The notes beneath the pieces are model-generated. The model was given only the letters and a program-made list of their open reading frames with translations, had not been told where the DNA came from and searched no databases. Below, piece after piece: positions 1 through 14,584 of a stretch of 64,000 nucleotides of DNA. The stretch is from the human T2T-CHM13v2.0 reference genome, Homo sapiens: NCBI RefSeq assembly GCF_009914755.1, contig NC_060927.1. One strand, written 5' to 3'. A program made the position numbers and the translations under genes. Numbering within the stretch: position 1 is the first letter of the stretch; the number at the start of each line of letters is the position of its first letter.

Positions 1-635
1 TAAAATTCACTTTTTAAATTTGCAGGCTATGAACAATTGAATTTGAGGAATAACGTATTTTGGGATATGTACCATTTTATTTAAATAAGTAAATAATTAT
101 ATGGTGAAGGAATAATAAATATGTATTATCTTCTAGGAATTGTATAACAGTTTTGATTACTGATTTTGACGGGACTACTTTTCCTTATGAATTATGGAAT
201 ATATAGCTAAATCTTATATAAACAATATATAATGCAACAGCAATATATTTTCTATTAAACTATAAAATAGTAGGTTAATTTTAACATCAGATTTAGTCCA
301 AAATTTATTTGCCAATAAAATGAATAATAGAAAATTTTTAATCATAAAATTTCATTTGCTGATGTATAATAAAATTGTAGATTTTTCAAAATAAAAAAAT
401 CTTAGAAAATATCTTAAATTTGTTATCTGAATTGCTAAATACAATCTTCAATGTATTTAATGCTTTCCCTTCAGCTATTTATTTGGCTTTAAATATTTGG
501 TGATTTTTAATAAAATGTATGTATTTTGCTATGTTAAAAATCCGAATGTTGCCAAACTGTGCGTTTTGGAACCTAACTTACTCCTGTAAAAATGATTTTA
601 TGTGTTGTCATTTTTAATTATCAGTTGGCTCTGTG

Positions 636-925
636 TTTTTTTTTTGAGACGGAGTCTGGCCCTGTCGCCCAGGCTGGAGGGCGGTGGCGCCATCTCGGCT
701 CACTGCAAGCTCCGCCCCCCGGGTTCCCGCCATTCTCCCGCCTCAGCGTCCCGAGTAGCTGGGACTACAGGCGCCGCCACTACGCCTGGCTCATTTTTTG
801 TATTTTTAGTAGAGACGGGGTTTCACCGTGTTAGCCAGGATGGTCTCGATCTCCTGACCTCGTGGTCCACCCGCCTCGGCCTCCCAAAGTGCTGGGATGA
901 CAGGCGTGAGCCACCGCGCCCGGCC
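636..925 (-). mobile_element. AluY, full length, CpG-rich
   Basis: Alu dimer with AluY features (actgcaagctccg, ttagccaggatggtctcgatctcc); TSD tggctctgt(g)tttt on both sides. Confidence 0.95.
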
Positions 926-3900
926 TGGCTCTGTTTTTATTAGAAAAATTCTCAATCGTCGTCTTTTAAGTGAGTCAACCTAATACCTTTTAATTTTGTG
1001 CAAAGTTCTCTGTTTTAATAACTTTTAATTTAGTGCATATATCATATACTGGAGAATTATCAATTTATTTGATTCTTTTAGCAATTTATATTTTGGTAAT
1101 TCTGTGTTAATAATGTGATTTGTATTTGGTTACGCAGTTGCCGATAATCCTGTGGCATTACAGAGTTTGATTTATGCGGACGATCCTTGGACTTAAAAAG
1201 GATTACTGACCATTTAAGAAAGATTAATTAATGAGTATAACATTGAGTCCTAACTCTGCTAATGCTTGTCTAAGCTACACACAGATACATGCACAGACAC
1301 ACATACCCTCAAATCTCATAGCAAAAATGACCAAATTACAACAAAGGGGATAGTATCCTATCCTGCTAGGCCATCACATTATGGATCAGCAGTGTAGAGC
1401 AAGTCTTGTGGGGCCTGATCTTGCTCTTACAAGCTTTGGGATCTTGGGCAATTCAGTTTCCCTAAGCTCAGTTCCTTATTTATAGTCAGTGAGATGAATC
1501 CTATGGTCTCTTAGGTTCCTTTTATTTCGTAATTCAAAAAGTTGAAGTTAGAGGTTAATAATTTTGTATTGGTAAGACTGCAATAGCAGTCTTCTTCTTA
1601 TAATTAATAAATTAAGAAGTTACAGGGAACAAGGGAGAAAGGTAAATTCATTTATAGGGATAAGACAATAAAAGGGTACAATTAATTTATTTGGTCACCA
1701 GTGTTCTTGTTTTCTTGCTGAATTTTATGGGATGGGAACAGATCTAGGAAGGAAGGCTCGTCTGTACCCTTTTGCCCTACCTGACGTAAAACTCAGGACT
1801 GACCCATCCTAAAATCATTCATTTAGAAAGAATCCCTCATAACCGTGTTAGCTCAAGGTTATCTTGTATCTGATTTCTCTCTTCCTGCATAGGTTGCAGA
1901 CTGAAGAGCATTAAAATATCTGTTTTCTTAGTGGTTTTCCTTTCTGGATTTGAATAATTCACTTGATTCTTCCAGGCTACTTAAATGAAAGAGTGTTATC
2001 TAAGAATGCTAATCTTAGTTCCTTTTGTTTGAGATTAGAGAAATCAATGCATTATATTTTTAGTCTAGATAGTAAGTCCTGAATGCCCTTTACTCTGGCC
2101 ATTTAAAAAACTAAATTATTTTCAGTTGGCTTTCATATTGTGGGGTTAGATATTCATTTGAGATATGTTTTCTTTTTTCCTTTTCCGTTCCTTTAGTTAA
2201 AACGAAATCTTACCCTAAAGTGGGATAATAAGGGGAAAGATCCATTGAATTTGAGTATTGGGCTTAGTTTGCATTAAATGCTCCTTTTGTTCCTGTTTAT
2301 GTATTATTTTAAGCTCGTTTTTCCAAATATACCAACAGCAGATATCAAATGACCATTACTTCATACTAGAAGGAATTTTTATAAACCAGGCCAAAGACTT
2401 CACTAGATTTCTCAAACTTTGTTTCTAACTCTGAAATCCTATGATTTTATGATTTTTAATATATTAGAGTAAACCTACAAAATTGTAATTTTGTAGGTGA
2501 ACAATAGTTAGACAGTGTCGGTTTCATATGATTCAACCTACATAGGGAAGCTTAGTCATTGCATTGTTTAGGAAAACTATGTAACTCATGTATGAAAATG
2601 GTAATGTCAAGCAACGAAGCTTATTAAGACACTAACATCATTTTTAAAATTTAGTTTTGAATACTAGATATTAAAAATTATATTTTAAACGTTTGTAAAT
2701 CCAGTGAGAATAAAATGTTCTTTGCATATCTTATTTCTTTTCACAGGGAGTTTTTTCCTGTGTTTTATGAGAAAAATCACAGGCATTACAGTTTGAAATC
2801 AATTTCATTGTTTTCATTGCAATTGCTACATAGCTGTTGAATATTTGTAGTAAGGTTTAATGACTAATGAAGTGCATGCTTGATTATATGCCATTAGTAA
2901 AAATATATTTTTATGGCAAAGGGCGGTTTGCAGCATGGCATTGACAAAAGCAATATGTAAATGTGTTACTCCCCTTCAAAAGAATGCAAATCAGTATAAA
3001 CAAATTTTAAGGAAAATATTTAAAAATAAACAATTAAAATAATGGATATTTATTGTTTGTTACTTATTGAGATGATATGAATATGTAAATAGAGCACTTA
3101 GGTCTACTTATTTTCAGAGGCCAGTGTACTACTAATTAGAAAAGTTGTAGATATCATAATTACTGTAGTAAATTAATTTGTCTTTATTGCTTACATTTTA
3201 TTGCTTGGTATTCCAGGCATTGGATAGATAGTTACAATGCTGACATCAAGAGTGTTCCCACGATTATTTCTCCGCTTTTCTAATCATCAACTCATCATAT
3301 GTCCCTTATCCTCCTGCTACTTATTATCACTTGCCATTTCACTCATTATTTGCTCCTATCTCTCTGTCTTTGCTCATTCAATTCTCTTTTCTAGGGATAC
3401 CCCTTCCTTCCAGTTCTTACCTGCCAAAGCTGTGTTTGGCTTCTAATGTTTAGCTTAATGTCTGCATCTTCTGCAATGTCTTTCAGATGTCTGCAGTCAG
3501 AACTCTTTACTCTAGGTCACTACCGTCAGCTTGTCTTTCCACTGGAGCTCATCTAGAACACATTGCTTTGTGACCAAACACATTCTCTCTGTATCTGCCT
3601 CCCAATTAGACTGTGTACTTCTCTTCCCCATGTTCCCTCCTTTGACACAAGTCATGCTCTTCTAAGCAATCCAGGCTTGTTCAGTTGAATTATTTTCTAA
3701 AATTAAAACGGTATGCCAGACAAGGTAATACAAGTCTAGGCTTGATTTTTCCTGAGTGTTGTGTTTGCGGTGGGTGGGCCAATTATTTCTGTTCCTTTTC
3801 AAAGGATCTCACTTATCTTCTTGTTTTCTGCCCCATTAGATAAATCATCTCATGTCATCATTTATTTAACTTCAAACACAATTTCTAAATGTTGAGGAAT

Positions 3901-4678
3901 ACGAGAACAAAAAGAGCATGTCTGCATCTGCATACATGGTCTTAGGTATTGGGTGAAAGACCATCAAAAACTTATATTAGTACTAGGAAGAACACAATTA
4001 TTTTAAAATACATTAAATGCATAATAACTTTTAAAATTAAGGGTCAGGAAGAAATCTCTAATAGAAATCACAAAACGATAGACATTTTCTTTGACCATTC
4101 TTGCTTTGCTTCTGTAATGTATATTTAATATTAATATAAATAACAGCAGTAATGACAACCATAATGGCCACTACCATGTCATAGAATGTACTATATGCAT
4201 TCACGTGTTTCATCTGATTTGGTCCACATATCATAACATGAAGTTGGTGAGGCTGAGGCTATATATGTTATTCAGACTCAAGATAGAAAGGATTCATTAG
4301 GAAAGGGTTCATGAGAAAAATAAGCTTAAAGCACAATGTTTTCTTCCAACTTTCCATTTCAGGGGTACATATGCAGGATGTGCAGGTTTGTTACATAGGT
4401 AAATGTGAAGCAGAGACACTTTTTTAACATCAGTTCTCCAATGAGTTCATAGCAGATTACAGGGTCAAAATATATATGCATACACCATAGTAAGCACCAT
4501 TTAAACTTGTAGAAGTAAGAAAATTGTCCTTGAATAGTCAGTTCAATCTTCCTGTGCTCTATTGAGTGTATCTATCTGTGGATACAAAATGAATAAAGAT
4601 GGATCTGGACATTTCACCCTTCCGCATATGGGAGTAAAACCTATAAGGAGACTAATAATATCATGCATCACAAATTAC

Positions 4679-4795
4679 TTGCTGCAGTTAAAGAAGTTTT
4701 ATTCAGATCCTCATGATCTCACAGGGATCCAGTATCTTGAGAGTTGACGAACTTTCCATAAAAACACTAATCACGTATAACAGTTCAGTCAAAAT
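4679..4795 (-). pseudogene. Candidate pseudo-exon, 117 nt, phase 0>0
   Basis: atatcagtag| ... CAA|gtaatt; ILTELLYVISVFMESSSTLKILDPCEIMRI*IKLL*LQQ. Confidence 0.4.
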
Positions 4796-5324
4796 CTACT
4801 GATATAGATATTCCAAAGTATGGCAGGAATTTAGAACAAAAGATGGAAAATTTGAAGGCTCTGATCTGTAACATTTCTTCTTAAAATATTTCAGCTGACT
4901 TGCTTAGCCTGGTATGCAGAATCTGGTGCAAGCTGAGCACGGTCTAAGTTGCCTCATCATCTCAGCTCTCCATGCTTCTGTATTTGTATACTTCCATACT
5001 TAGCAAGTAACTGTTCTCCCTCCATGGAATGTATTATTATCCTCTGCCACTGTCCTCTTAAACCTGGCAAATGCATAACTTTCTTTTGAGACCTACCTTT
5101 GTTAAGACCTAGCTCTTTGAAGACTTCCCTGATTGTCCAAGGTAATGTTGACTTTACTTTGTAACTGTATGTATTTTTCTTATGTCAGCAACCACTGCTC
5201 TGGGTTATTACTATATTTTTCTCTCCCAAATAAGACAAGAGGTTCTGTTAGAAGTGGAACCTTAATATCCATTTTTATGTGATGAATTTCTAGGCCCATG
5301 TGTGGGCTGTATTAAAGGATTAAA

Positions 5325-5521
5325 GCAAGCTTGTTCAACCTGTGGCCCAGGACAGCTTTTATTGTGGCCTGAGACAAATTCGTAAACTTTCTTAAAACAT
5401 TATGAGATTGTTTTGTGATTTTTTTTTTAGCTCACCAGCTATCATTAGTGTATTTTATGTATGGCCCAAGACAACTCTTCTTCCCATGTGGCCCAGGGAA
5501 GCCAAAAGACTGGACACCCTT
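5325..5521. mobile_element. MER30-like hAT-Charlie MITE
   Basis: ggcccaggacagcttt...caaattcgtaaactttcttaaaacattatgaga...ggcccagggaagccaaaagactggacaccc. Confidence 0.8.
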
Positions 5522-5681
5522 GGGTGAAAGCTTATTAGTAATGAGTAAATAAACAAAATGGAGTGGATGAATAGTGTAGTTCACTATGGACAAGTTAAAT
5601 AATGCTTTTCTCAATGATAAGGGCAAAATGAAAATTCTGAGATTTCTACATGCATTATCCTTGAAACCTTTAGTATTTTAC

Positions 5682-5810
5682 ATGTAGAGAGGTCATTGTT
5701 CAGACTCGCATTTGATAGAGTAATCAGTGTTGAAGACATTCCCAATGGTGTAAGTTGCCATACTTCTGCAGTATAGGCTGGTTGCCCACAGGAAAATATT
5801 GGAGACAAAG
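5682..5810 (-). pseudogene. Pseudo-exon, 129 nt, phase 0>0 (an alternative phase-1 frame is open to 5611)
   Basis: tttttacattgctttcag| ... CAT|gtaaaa; LCLQYFPVGNQPILQKYGNLHHWECLQH*LLYQMRV*TMTSLH. Confidence 0.5.
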
Positions 5811-5923
5811 CTGAAAGCAATGTAAAAACCTTGTGAAAAAGCAGAATGTATCTTTGAAGAACTGCACTTAATATGTTATTCAGCCTAATTTGTGCATTTT
5901 AAGTAACATGTTGATGAGTTGTA

Positions 5924-6269
5924 CGGTAGTTTTCCTTTATCCATAGCCCATACCACAACTCCAAGTAGATGCCTGCAGATGGTACTGAACCCTTATATAT
6001 ACTATGTTTTTCCTGTGCATACATACCTATGATAAAGTTTAATTTATAAATTAGGCACAGTAAGAAATTAATAACTATTGATAAAATAGAACAGTTATAA
6101 CATCATACTGTAATAAAAAAAAACTATGTAAATGTGGTTTCTCTCTCTGTGTGTCTCTCTGTCATCTCAAAATATCTTATTATACTGTACTCACCTATTT
6201 TTGGACTGTGGGTGACCACAGGTAACTGAAGCTGTGGAAAGCAAAACCATGAATAAGTGGGGACTGCTG
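5924..6269 (-). mobile_element. MER44A-like Tigger MITE
   Basis: TA-flanked termini cggtagtt..ccttta / taagtggggactgctg; internal atgataaagtttaatttataaattaggcacagtaag. Confidence 0.8.
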
Positions 6270-6279
6270 TATGTGTTAT

Positions 6280-6588
6280 AGAGCTGTGCTGTCCAGTCTG
6301 TCAGCCACTACTTACCTGTGGCTACTGGGAAATGGAAATGTGTGCCCAAAGTGATATGTGCTGTAAGTGAAAAATGAACATTAGGTTTCAGAAGATAAGT
6401 ACAAAAAAAGGAATATGAACTATTTCACTATTGTTTCTCTGTTGAAATGATATTTTGAGTATATTAGGTTACATAAAATATATTATTAAACTTAATTTTA
6501 TCCCTATCTCTTTACTTTTTAACTGTTACTGCTAGAAAATTTCAAACTGCATATGTGTCTTGCATTATATTTCCATTGGACAGTCCTG
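6280..6588. mobile_element. MER33-like hAT MITE
   Basis: gctgtgctgtcca...agccacta...gtggcta start; ttggacagtcctg end. Confidence 0.7.
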
Positions 6589-9500
6589 GAAAGGAAATTA
6601 TGATTATCCAGAGAATAAAGTCATTAAATAAAAGGAAAGGTTAAATAAAGTATGACCCGTCAGGAGAGAGACAAACAAGGAGAGGGAACAGGGTAAGTCA
6701 GCCAAGCATGGAAACATGTGGTGATTGCTCAAGGGCTTGTGCTCTGAATCTGAAAATGCTGTAATGGTCTATGAAAATACTTTTAGAGCTAGTAAATGAA
6801 AATAAGTGCTTATATAACATATAAACTTAAAAAATTCATGATATTTAATGTTCAATAACTATGAGAAGGCTTAATCAACCTACTGTAATATTTTAATTAA
6901 AAATCATTCTAACGTCAAATAAATTGAGAAATACTGTCCGTCTTCCATAATAGATACAATGGATGGTTTAATGTTAAATACCCTGAGAAGTCTTACAGCT
7001 AAAAATTTATCACTGTTTCAAACAGAATTGTTCCCATATCTGGATGATAGAACTCACTCCTCCTATGTATTTAATAATCAGTATTCTATGAGATATATTT
7101 TGGGAGATACTTAGTAGAAGATAAAGTCACTGTATTTTATTAGGGATGAAACTGAGGCTAGGGAGATCCCTAATTCATTTGAGATCTAATATGTGGGCAA
7201 AATAGACAGATTGGTGCAATATCCAGCACAGTTTAACAAACACTTTCCGAGTAGCTACTTTGTGCCAGTTATTCATTCTGGCAATAAGACGAATAATACA
7301 GCCAGGTTGGTGAATATCACAATTCATAGATTCTCAGGTGATTGTTCTCATGTTTTCAGAAAAAGGCAATGACAGTGTGTACACTGACCCAGAGGGTGAT
7401 TGTCCTGCTATACTTAATTTTCCAATAACTCCTATTGCATTGAAACTGTTGCAACTATTCTTCAGAAGTATAGACATTGAAATAAGTAAAATAAAATAGT
7501 AACGTACATTGAGTTTTAGAAATGTACCATGTACATGTTTTTAGAACTCTTAGCATTTTGATTTAAAATAATAAAAATTGGTGTACGTATTTTCTTTTGT
7601 AGACAAAAGATTGTAGGGTGAAAATTTGTAAATTTAACCTAATATTTTATTCTCATTGGTCACATGTTATGAAAAATTATATACCTTTCAGCTACCTGTA
7701 ACTATGTCTTCTATGAGTAATCATGAACTGTCTAGCTCTGCTGAAGTTTTTATATTTTTCATGAATTCGTACTTAAATCCTAGCACTAGAGTTCCTTTTT
7801 TGAGAATTATTCCTTTTCTCTCAGCTCTTCTTTCAACTTTACCAGCAACAGGCACACAGAGAGATACATCTGTGTGCACACATGCGTGCTCTACCTTACA
7901 CTCTCACATTCTCACACTGTCAGATGCTCTTAGATAAATACCTTTCTGGATGTTAGTTTTTCAGAATGTCAGTGGTCCCAATTATTTTCCTCAGGTACAG
8001 ATTAAAATTTTAACCCTACATTCTCTGATAGGTTTCTGTTTAATAGCACTGATGTGTTTTTTTAAAAAAAATATCATACAATGCAATTGCATATTTTGGA
8101 CATTCTCATCCTGCAACTACTTTCCCTCCCCAAAATGTTTAGATTCTGTGGCTGAGATACAGTAAAGTGCACAAAATCATGCAATCATTTACTTATTCAT
8201 TCAGCAAATTGTCATCAAGGCAATGGGCTAGCAATTGTGGGGATAATAAGGAAAGCATTTTTAATACCCCTTATCCTGAAAGGAAACCTTTAATGGGAAG
8301 ATATTTTTGCTATCATATTACATTTTTTTGAGTAATAAAATTGCTGTGTTTAACATTTGCCTTAAGTAACTTCCATAGATAGTTACTTTCATGCTGGCCC
8401 ATAGCTGTGCTGGGGATAGTGGTAGGCACATCTTTAACTCGGGAATTAGTTTGAAGTTGCAGAATTGTTAGTAAATGTAGTATTTGTTGATTTATTACAC
8501 ATATTGGCAGCAATGCAATGTGTATATACTATTATAGGAAATACCAAGAAAAATAAAAATTAAAAGACAAACAGCTTATAATAATTACCCACAAAGGGCT
8601 TTTTACCATGAAAAGGAGAGAGGGGATGGTGGGTTCAAACAAATTGTTCTAATAGAAGATGAGTTCCTAAAAGAGGCATAGATGAAGTTTGATGGGGCAT
8701 TCAGAGGTGGGGAAAAATCCTCTCAGGGGGATTCAGGGAATGTTCGTGGAATGAGTTGGCAGTGGATTTGTTCAGTGTAATGTGGCTGCGATTTGGACAT
8801 ACAGACTTGGTGGAGATGTTCACTGCAAGTTGAGTAAGTAGTGCAAACATACACATAGAGACAAGAAAAGTCTTAGGGCGTGGATGTGAACAGCAACTGG
8901 AGGAGGTTGGTTAAGTACAAGCATAGAATGGGAAATGAATGTGAATGCCATGCACAAAGCACATATGCATTGTGTTCTACTATATATTTACACAGGTGCC
9001 TTTTCTTTCTCTGGAAGGGAGATTTGCATGGATGCCTTTCTAGGTGGATGTCATACCCAGCGAATTCTGTTGATAAGCTAATGCCGTTGCAGTGACTGCA
9101 ATAATTCTTGAGCATGCCATCTTTACCAGCTCTGCTAGAGTGTTGAATGTTCAAAAGAAAAACCCAAGTACCTATTAAATCATCAGATGCCATAGTGTGT
9201 TTATAAAATCAGATGAAAGCCAATTTCTGTATTAGAGCAGATCTACTTTTCTGTGCTTGGTTGGTGTTGTAAGGAGAGATTATTCTGCTTCCCTAAGAAG
9301 GTTAAGCTGTCATCTAGTTAAATATGGACTTAAAATAATGCTGCCAAAGCAGTTGCCTCTTGTGATTGATGATGATGATGACAGATGATGATAGTTTTGA
9401 AATCAGTTTTACAGGGAAAATTGCTATTTTTCTACTTTGGCTGATGTTGTAGTTCTAGATTTGCGAATTTCTTGTCATATTCGGGAACATTTTTGATTAA

Positions 9501-10274
9501 AAGGAAAATTGCTAAGGACTGTATTCTTGATGATAAAATGGCTCTAAAACTGAGCTATGGGGCAAATGATTATAAGTTGACTTATACATATTATTTGAGC
9601 GACAGCAGTTATTCTTGGCTTTACAGTGTCATTATGAGTTATATTTTGGGGAACAAATAGCAACCCATGTCTAGTCAGCAAAAGTGGCAGAAAGTGTGGT
9701 ACTTAGAAGTTATGATAATAATAGTGTCTTACTAAAGTCATCAAAGAACTTTCGTATGTATTACTATTAAATTTTCTCTACAATTCTCTCAGGACTTCAT
9801 GCATGTGTTTCCTCTCCTTGAATTGTTTTTCCCCTCAGATACCTACATGGCTTGTTTTCTTTCTCTAGAAGAATAGCCGCACCCTCTCTGCAGTCTCTCA
9901 TTCCTCCATGGCATTTATCACCACCTGACATGTGATATGTGTATTTGTTTACTATCTCCTCATGCTAGGTTGTAAGCCGTGTGAATGCTGAGACTGGTTT
10001 CTTCAGTGCAATAAAGTAAGAACCTATAAAAGTTCCTGGCTCATAATAGGTACTCAGTTAGTAATTCTTGAATCATTAGCTCTATGAATAAATCTTTATT
10101 TTATACATAGACGACTGAATATTGTGGTCATGATATAAAAAGAAGCTAATGTTTGGTGCCAGAATCAAATTCAAGCTTTTCAGTTTATTTAACCAAATTG
10201 CTTTGGTTTGTGTCTATGTAAGTAACATAGACAACAAATAGCCCTGAAAAAAAGGAGTAATAGTGAAGACTTAC

Positions 10275-10620
10275 TCTTAGGTGTGAACCATTTCTGTACC
10301 TCATCACATTCTAGAATCAATCAATCAATTTTGTTTATACAGAATTGCTGGTAATGGCTACTCTATACCACTGCATTGTGTGAGCCTGTGCAGACACTGG
10401 TCTGAAAAAGCCATTTTCAGGAAGGAAAAGAAAACAGAACATAAACCCCCCAAATATTTTTTAAAGGCCAATAACATTTGTATCCATTGGGTAAACACGA
10501 TCAATCAAAGCTCTACAAGCCTTCTATGGGTTGCTTCCTTAACAAATATGTTTTTTGCCTTGGCCATTCATCATATCTGGAAGTTTGGGTGATGAGCTTG
10601 AGCACTCTCTTCCGTTAATA
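10275..10620 (-). pseudogene. Pseudo-exon, 346 nt, phase 2>0
   Basis: gctattttcag| ... AGA|gtaagt; INGRECSSSSPKLPDMMNGQGKKHIC*...ACRALIDRVYPMDTNVIGL*KIFGGFMFCFLFLPENGFFRPVSAQAHTMQWYRVAITSNSV*... Confidence 0.5.
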
Positions 10621-13321
10621 CTGAAAATAGCCACTTAGTGGCTTTGTGAAAAGAAAAGCCTGTTAAAGCGACAGAACAAACATGCATTCTCCTGACGATA
10701 TAAAACAGGATATTGTAGATTGTTTATATTCGTGTGGGCTTGGTGTAATGAAATTCAGCTGAATTTTAAGAAGAGGATTTGTTTTAATGGGAAATTAGGT
10801 TGTGAATGGAAAAGGCTACAATGCAGATACGAAAGGTATTCCCTCGTACCCTCCAAATGCATAAGGAGTTTTCTAATGAGACTGAGAGTAGTAGCTGCTA
10901 AAAGCAAAGTCATCTTATCTGTTGTCTGAGATGAATTACCTTAAAAAATTGTACCCTGACCTCATTACTATACATTACATATATTGAAACATCACTATGT
11001 ATCTCCTGATATGCATAATTATTATTTGTCAATTAAAGAAAATAAAATAAATTATAAAAACATTGTAGATGGGCTTAAAAAGTGAAGAAATAGGTAGCTT
11101 CTGTCACCAGCACTATTTAGAGGGATTGATGAACTATTTTGAGAAGGTTGGGGCTGGGAGAGGAGTACTATGAAAAATGAAAAGTCACATCTCTGGAAGC
11201 AGGCATGTAGTATCACATCCAAAGGACACTGTACATACAAGGTCTACTGCAGTCAGAGAGATTAAAATAATCTTCCGACCTCTGAAATAGGATAATACAC
11301 CAATTATAAGAGATCTCATGACTAGAAAGTGTACTTTTTTTCCAGGACAGTTAGTGTGTCTGAAAGTGAGCAGCTAGAAAGTTCAAGGAGGCAGACTCAC
11401 TTATTTTTGGTTATAGAATGGGTAGGGTTTGGGCCAAATAATCTAGCTTATAGAGTCAAGTTTAGTCATTTGTTGAGGTTTACAGGAAGCACAAAGAGAG
11501 AAGAGTAGTTGAAACAGCATAGGTTGGGCAAAGAATTAAATGGTGGGATAAAATGGGTCTTGGTAAAACATGTAAATGAGATTAAATGAGCTGGAAAGAA
11601 ATCAACCAAACAAATTTCAAATGCTGAAGGTAATAGAGTGGGTAATGGTTGTCCCATTATGTGGTGGCTTTAGTTTTCAGTCCTAGTACCACAATGCCCC
11701 TTGCCATAGACCTTTTCTTTAAAACAAACAAGGAATATTCTTATGCCTTATTTTCTACATAATGAGTGTTTTTATTGATTTTAGATTTTTTTCAAGATCC
11801 CTATAGAGGGATTTTGAATACTTTTCATTTCCTGCTTTAACCAGGATGTCTGCCAGAAATGGATGTAAAGCAGTGCATGGATTTTAAAATAAGAAAGCTC
11901 TTAGAATTTCCTTATCCATTTCCAGTGCTTTGTGCATTGCTCCAAAATATTGCTGTTTTCAGTATGGGTTTTGGGTCTCATATAGAGAAGATGGCTCATT
12001 TGATCGAATAACATTTCATATAATTGCCCTTTATAATTTAACTTTTCTATGTAAAATCATATTCACTTCTGTGTGATCAATTACAAATATAAAGATTTAA
12101 TTTCATGAGAATTACTGCTCCTTCAATTAATAGACTAGAGAAGAAGAGATTCTACATTTTCCCTTAAATGGCATAACTAATTAATAGCGAAATGTGACTA
12201 GAACCCAGATTTTCTGAATCATGGACTCAGTGTTGTTTCTCCTACGAAGAGCAGATAGAGTACTTGTAGTTAAACAAAATTAGATTAAAATTTCAGCTAT
12301 CAACCCTATTAGCAAGTTATTTATGCTGTAAGCCTCTTATTTTTTAATCTATAAAATGAAGTTAATAATAGCATTTCTATAGCATTGTAGGATGACTGTA
12401 GTTGATAATATATAGCTAGAGGGAGGATATTGAATATTCCCAACACAATGAAATGATAAATGTTCAGGACGATGCATATGATAATTACCCTGATCTGATC
12501 ACATTACATGTATGGAAACATCACTATGTGGGAAATAACCAAACTGTTTTGGAACCCTTGCTCATGAAGGAATTTGCATTTTGTCACACTATTTGCATGT
12601 TCATTTGGTTTTGGACTGCATTATGCATATTTAAAACATACTAAATGTTATCCCTCAAAGAATGTGTAATCTTAACAGTCCTGAGTGAAGACAAAAGTAG
12701 ACAGTGATCGTGGAATCCAGAACATACTATCCAATGATCAATATAATACCTAGTAATTTAAAATAGAGCCTTTTACTGATTTTGCTCTAGTTCTAGTTAA
12801 TGAAGAAAAGAAGAGATCATTTTAAAGGAATAATTAGTAAAGACACCTGCAAATTTTATGCATAAGTCTGAGTAAGAGAAATTCTGCTGATAATGCTAAT
12901 ATTATATTGTCACCTATATATATAGTGTCATATCTAAATATTTTAAAAATACCAAATAAGAATATCCTGCTTTTTACTATAGAAAAGAAGCTAATGGAAA
13001 ACCGATCATCTGACCAATTATTAAAATGCATCCTCTCTCCTATAAGCTCTGTTGTTAATTTCGTGATACACCTTGAATATGCCACAAGCAATTGGTAATA
13101 GCATCAATTAACATTTGGGAAGTTCAGCATGGCCACCTAAGATATTAAATATTTGCTACAGGAATGCTAATGAAATCCACTGATGTTATATTCCCAAGGT
13201 ATTGTTTACTAATAACAGCAAAGCTAAGGGTTACCAAATAAATGAAGGAAGATCTACTTAGAGCTGTTTTCTTCAATTATTCTAATTTTTGTGTTCTCAT
13301 TTTGGTTCTGAGTTTTCTCAC

Positions 13322-13420
13322 CTGCATTTGAGGTCAGAGTCTGGAAACAGGGCTTTCAGGGATGCATCACTAATGTCCTTTAGGAAATATGTCTTTGCAT
13401 AATCAACGTCATTGAGGAGA
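13322..13420 (-). pseudogene. Pseudo-exon, 99 nt, phase 2>2, frame open
   Basis: ttctttttttcattttcttataaaag| ... CAG|gtgaga; LLNDVDYAKTYFLKDISDASLKALFPDSDLKC. Confidence 0.75.
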
Positions 13421-14584
13421 CTTTTATAAGAAAATGAAAAAAAGAATGAATTTGACTTTCCCTTCACTTTTTTTTTGTAGAGCCATTGCCGTTTCTGTAT
13501 TTGGATAGGAGAGAAATGAAGCATTGTTATTTAATTTAGCCCTTATTATAACATATTATGTAGTCTCTTAGGGTGGCATGTTACCAAAAACAAGATGTTC
13601 TATTTTAAAAGTTGATTTAGTATTACTTCTTTTTTTTAATTCACAATACATTATGTAGGTAGGTTTTTTTTTCTGTACATTACACACCACAGATTGTATT
13701 AGAAAATAATGTTGGTGTAGTTTTATTGAAGCCACATCATGAAACATAAGTATTATAAAGAGAAGGCTGTTTTCCCATTTCAATCAGTTGTCTAGTTGAT
13801 GTGTTTATTTTTCATCCAATTTATTTTATATACTAAAAAACAGCTCTTAGGAAAGTGAGTACATCAAACTCAGTTTCATTGATTTAATTTTATTTATTTT
13901 ACTTTAGGCTAAGTTAATTCAAATCAATAGCGTGTATGTATTTCAGTGTAACCTGTGATGATTTCTGCTCAAACTCTACATTCACATTTATAGGAATCAG
14001 GATATTGCCAGATACGCACTGATTTAATGAATGAAGACATTGCAGATATTAGAAACAACAGTCTCTAATGAAATAATTGAATTTATTTTTCCCTCCAACA
14101 TAGTTGAGTGGTGAAACTATACTCTTGATAAAGTTTTTTATTATAATGTATTAAGTACAGTGGTAAATAAAATGGACTTCATTTTCAAATGGATCTTCAG
14201 CAAAACATTAGGTTTTTAAATCACCTTTATTACATTTTTATGTATCTCTTTTTGGGATCTTATTGCTTTATTAGTATATAACGTTTTTGATATTTCTAAA
14301 CATGTTTCCAAAAATCTGAATTTACACATTGATAAAAATAAAAACGACTTAGTCTTCTCTGTCACTGTGTTCTTTTTGCACTTCCATTGACTATGTTCCA
14401 TTCATGAATAAGAAAAAGAAAAAAATTAGAAGAGATTTATTGGAAAGCAAAGGTAACTCTTACTACTATTTCATAGACCATCTCTTTGATTTTGCAGGTT
14501 AGTTTGTCCTGTCTGGGGGAGATAAAATGTAGATTTAATATGGCTAATGATTTAGAATCCTGTCTACTATGAAACTTAACTCAC

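Noticed and set aside
592-943. ORFs of 60-116 aa overlapping Alus (here and at ~31681, 35954, 38063, 53645, 56192, 59470, 62467)
   Set aside because: Typical Alu-derived reading frames, not genes.
1110-1212. Possible C/D box snoRNA
   Set aside because: No proper RUGAUGA C box or convincing terminal stem.
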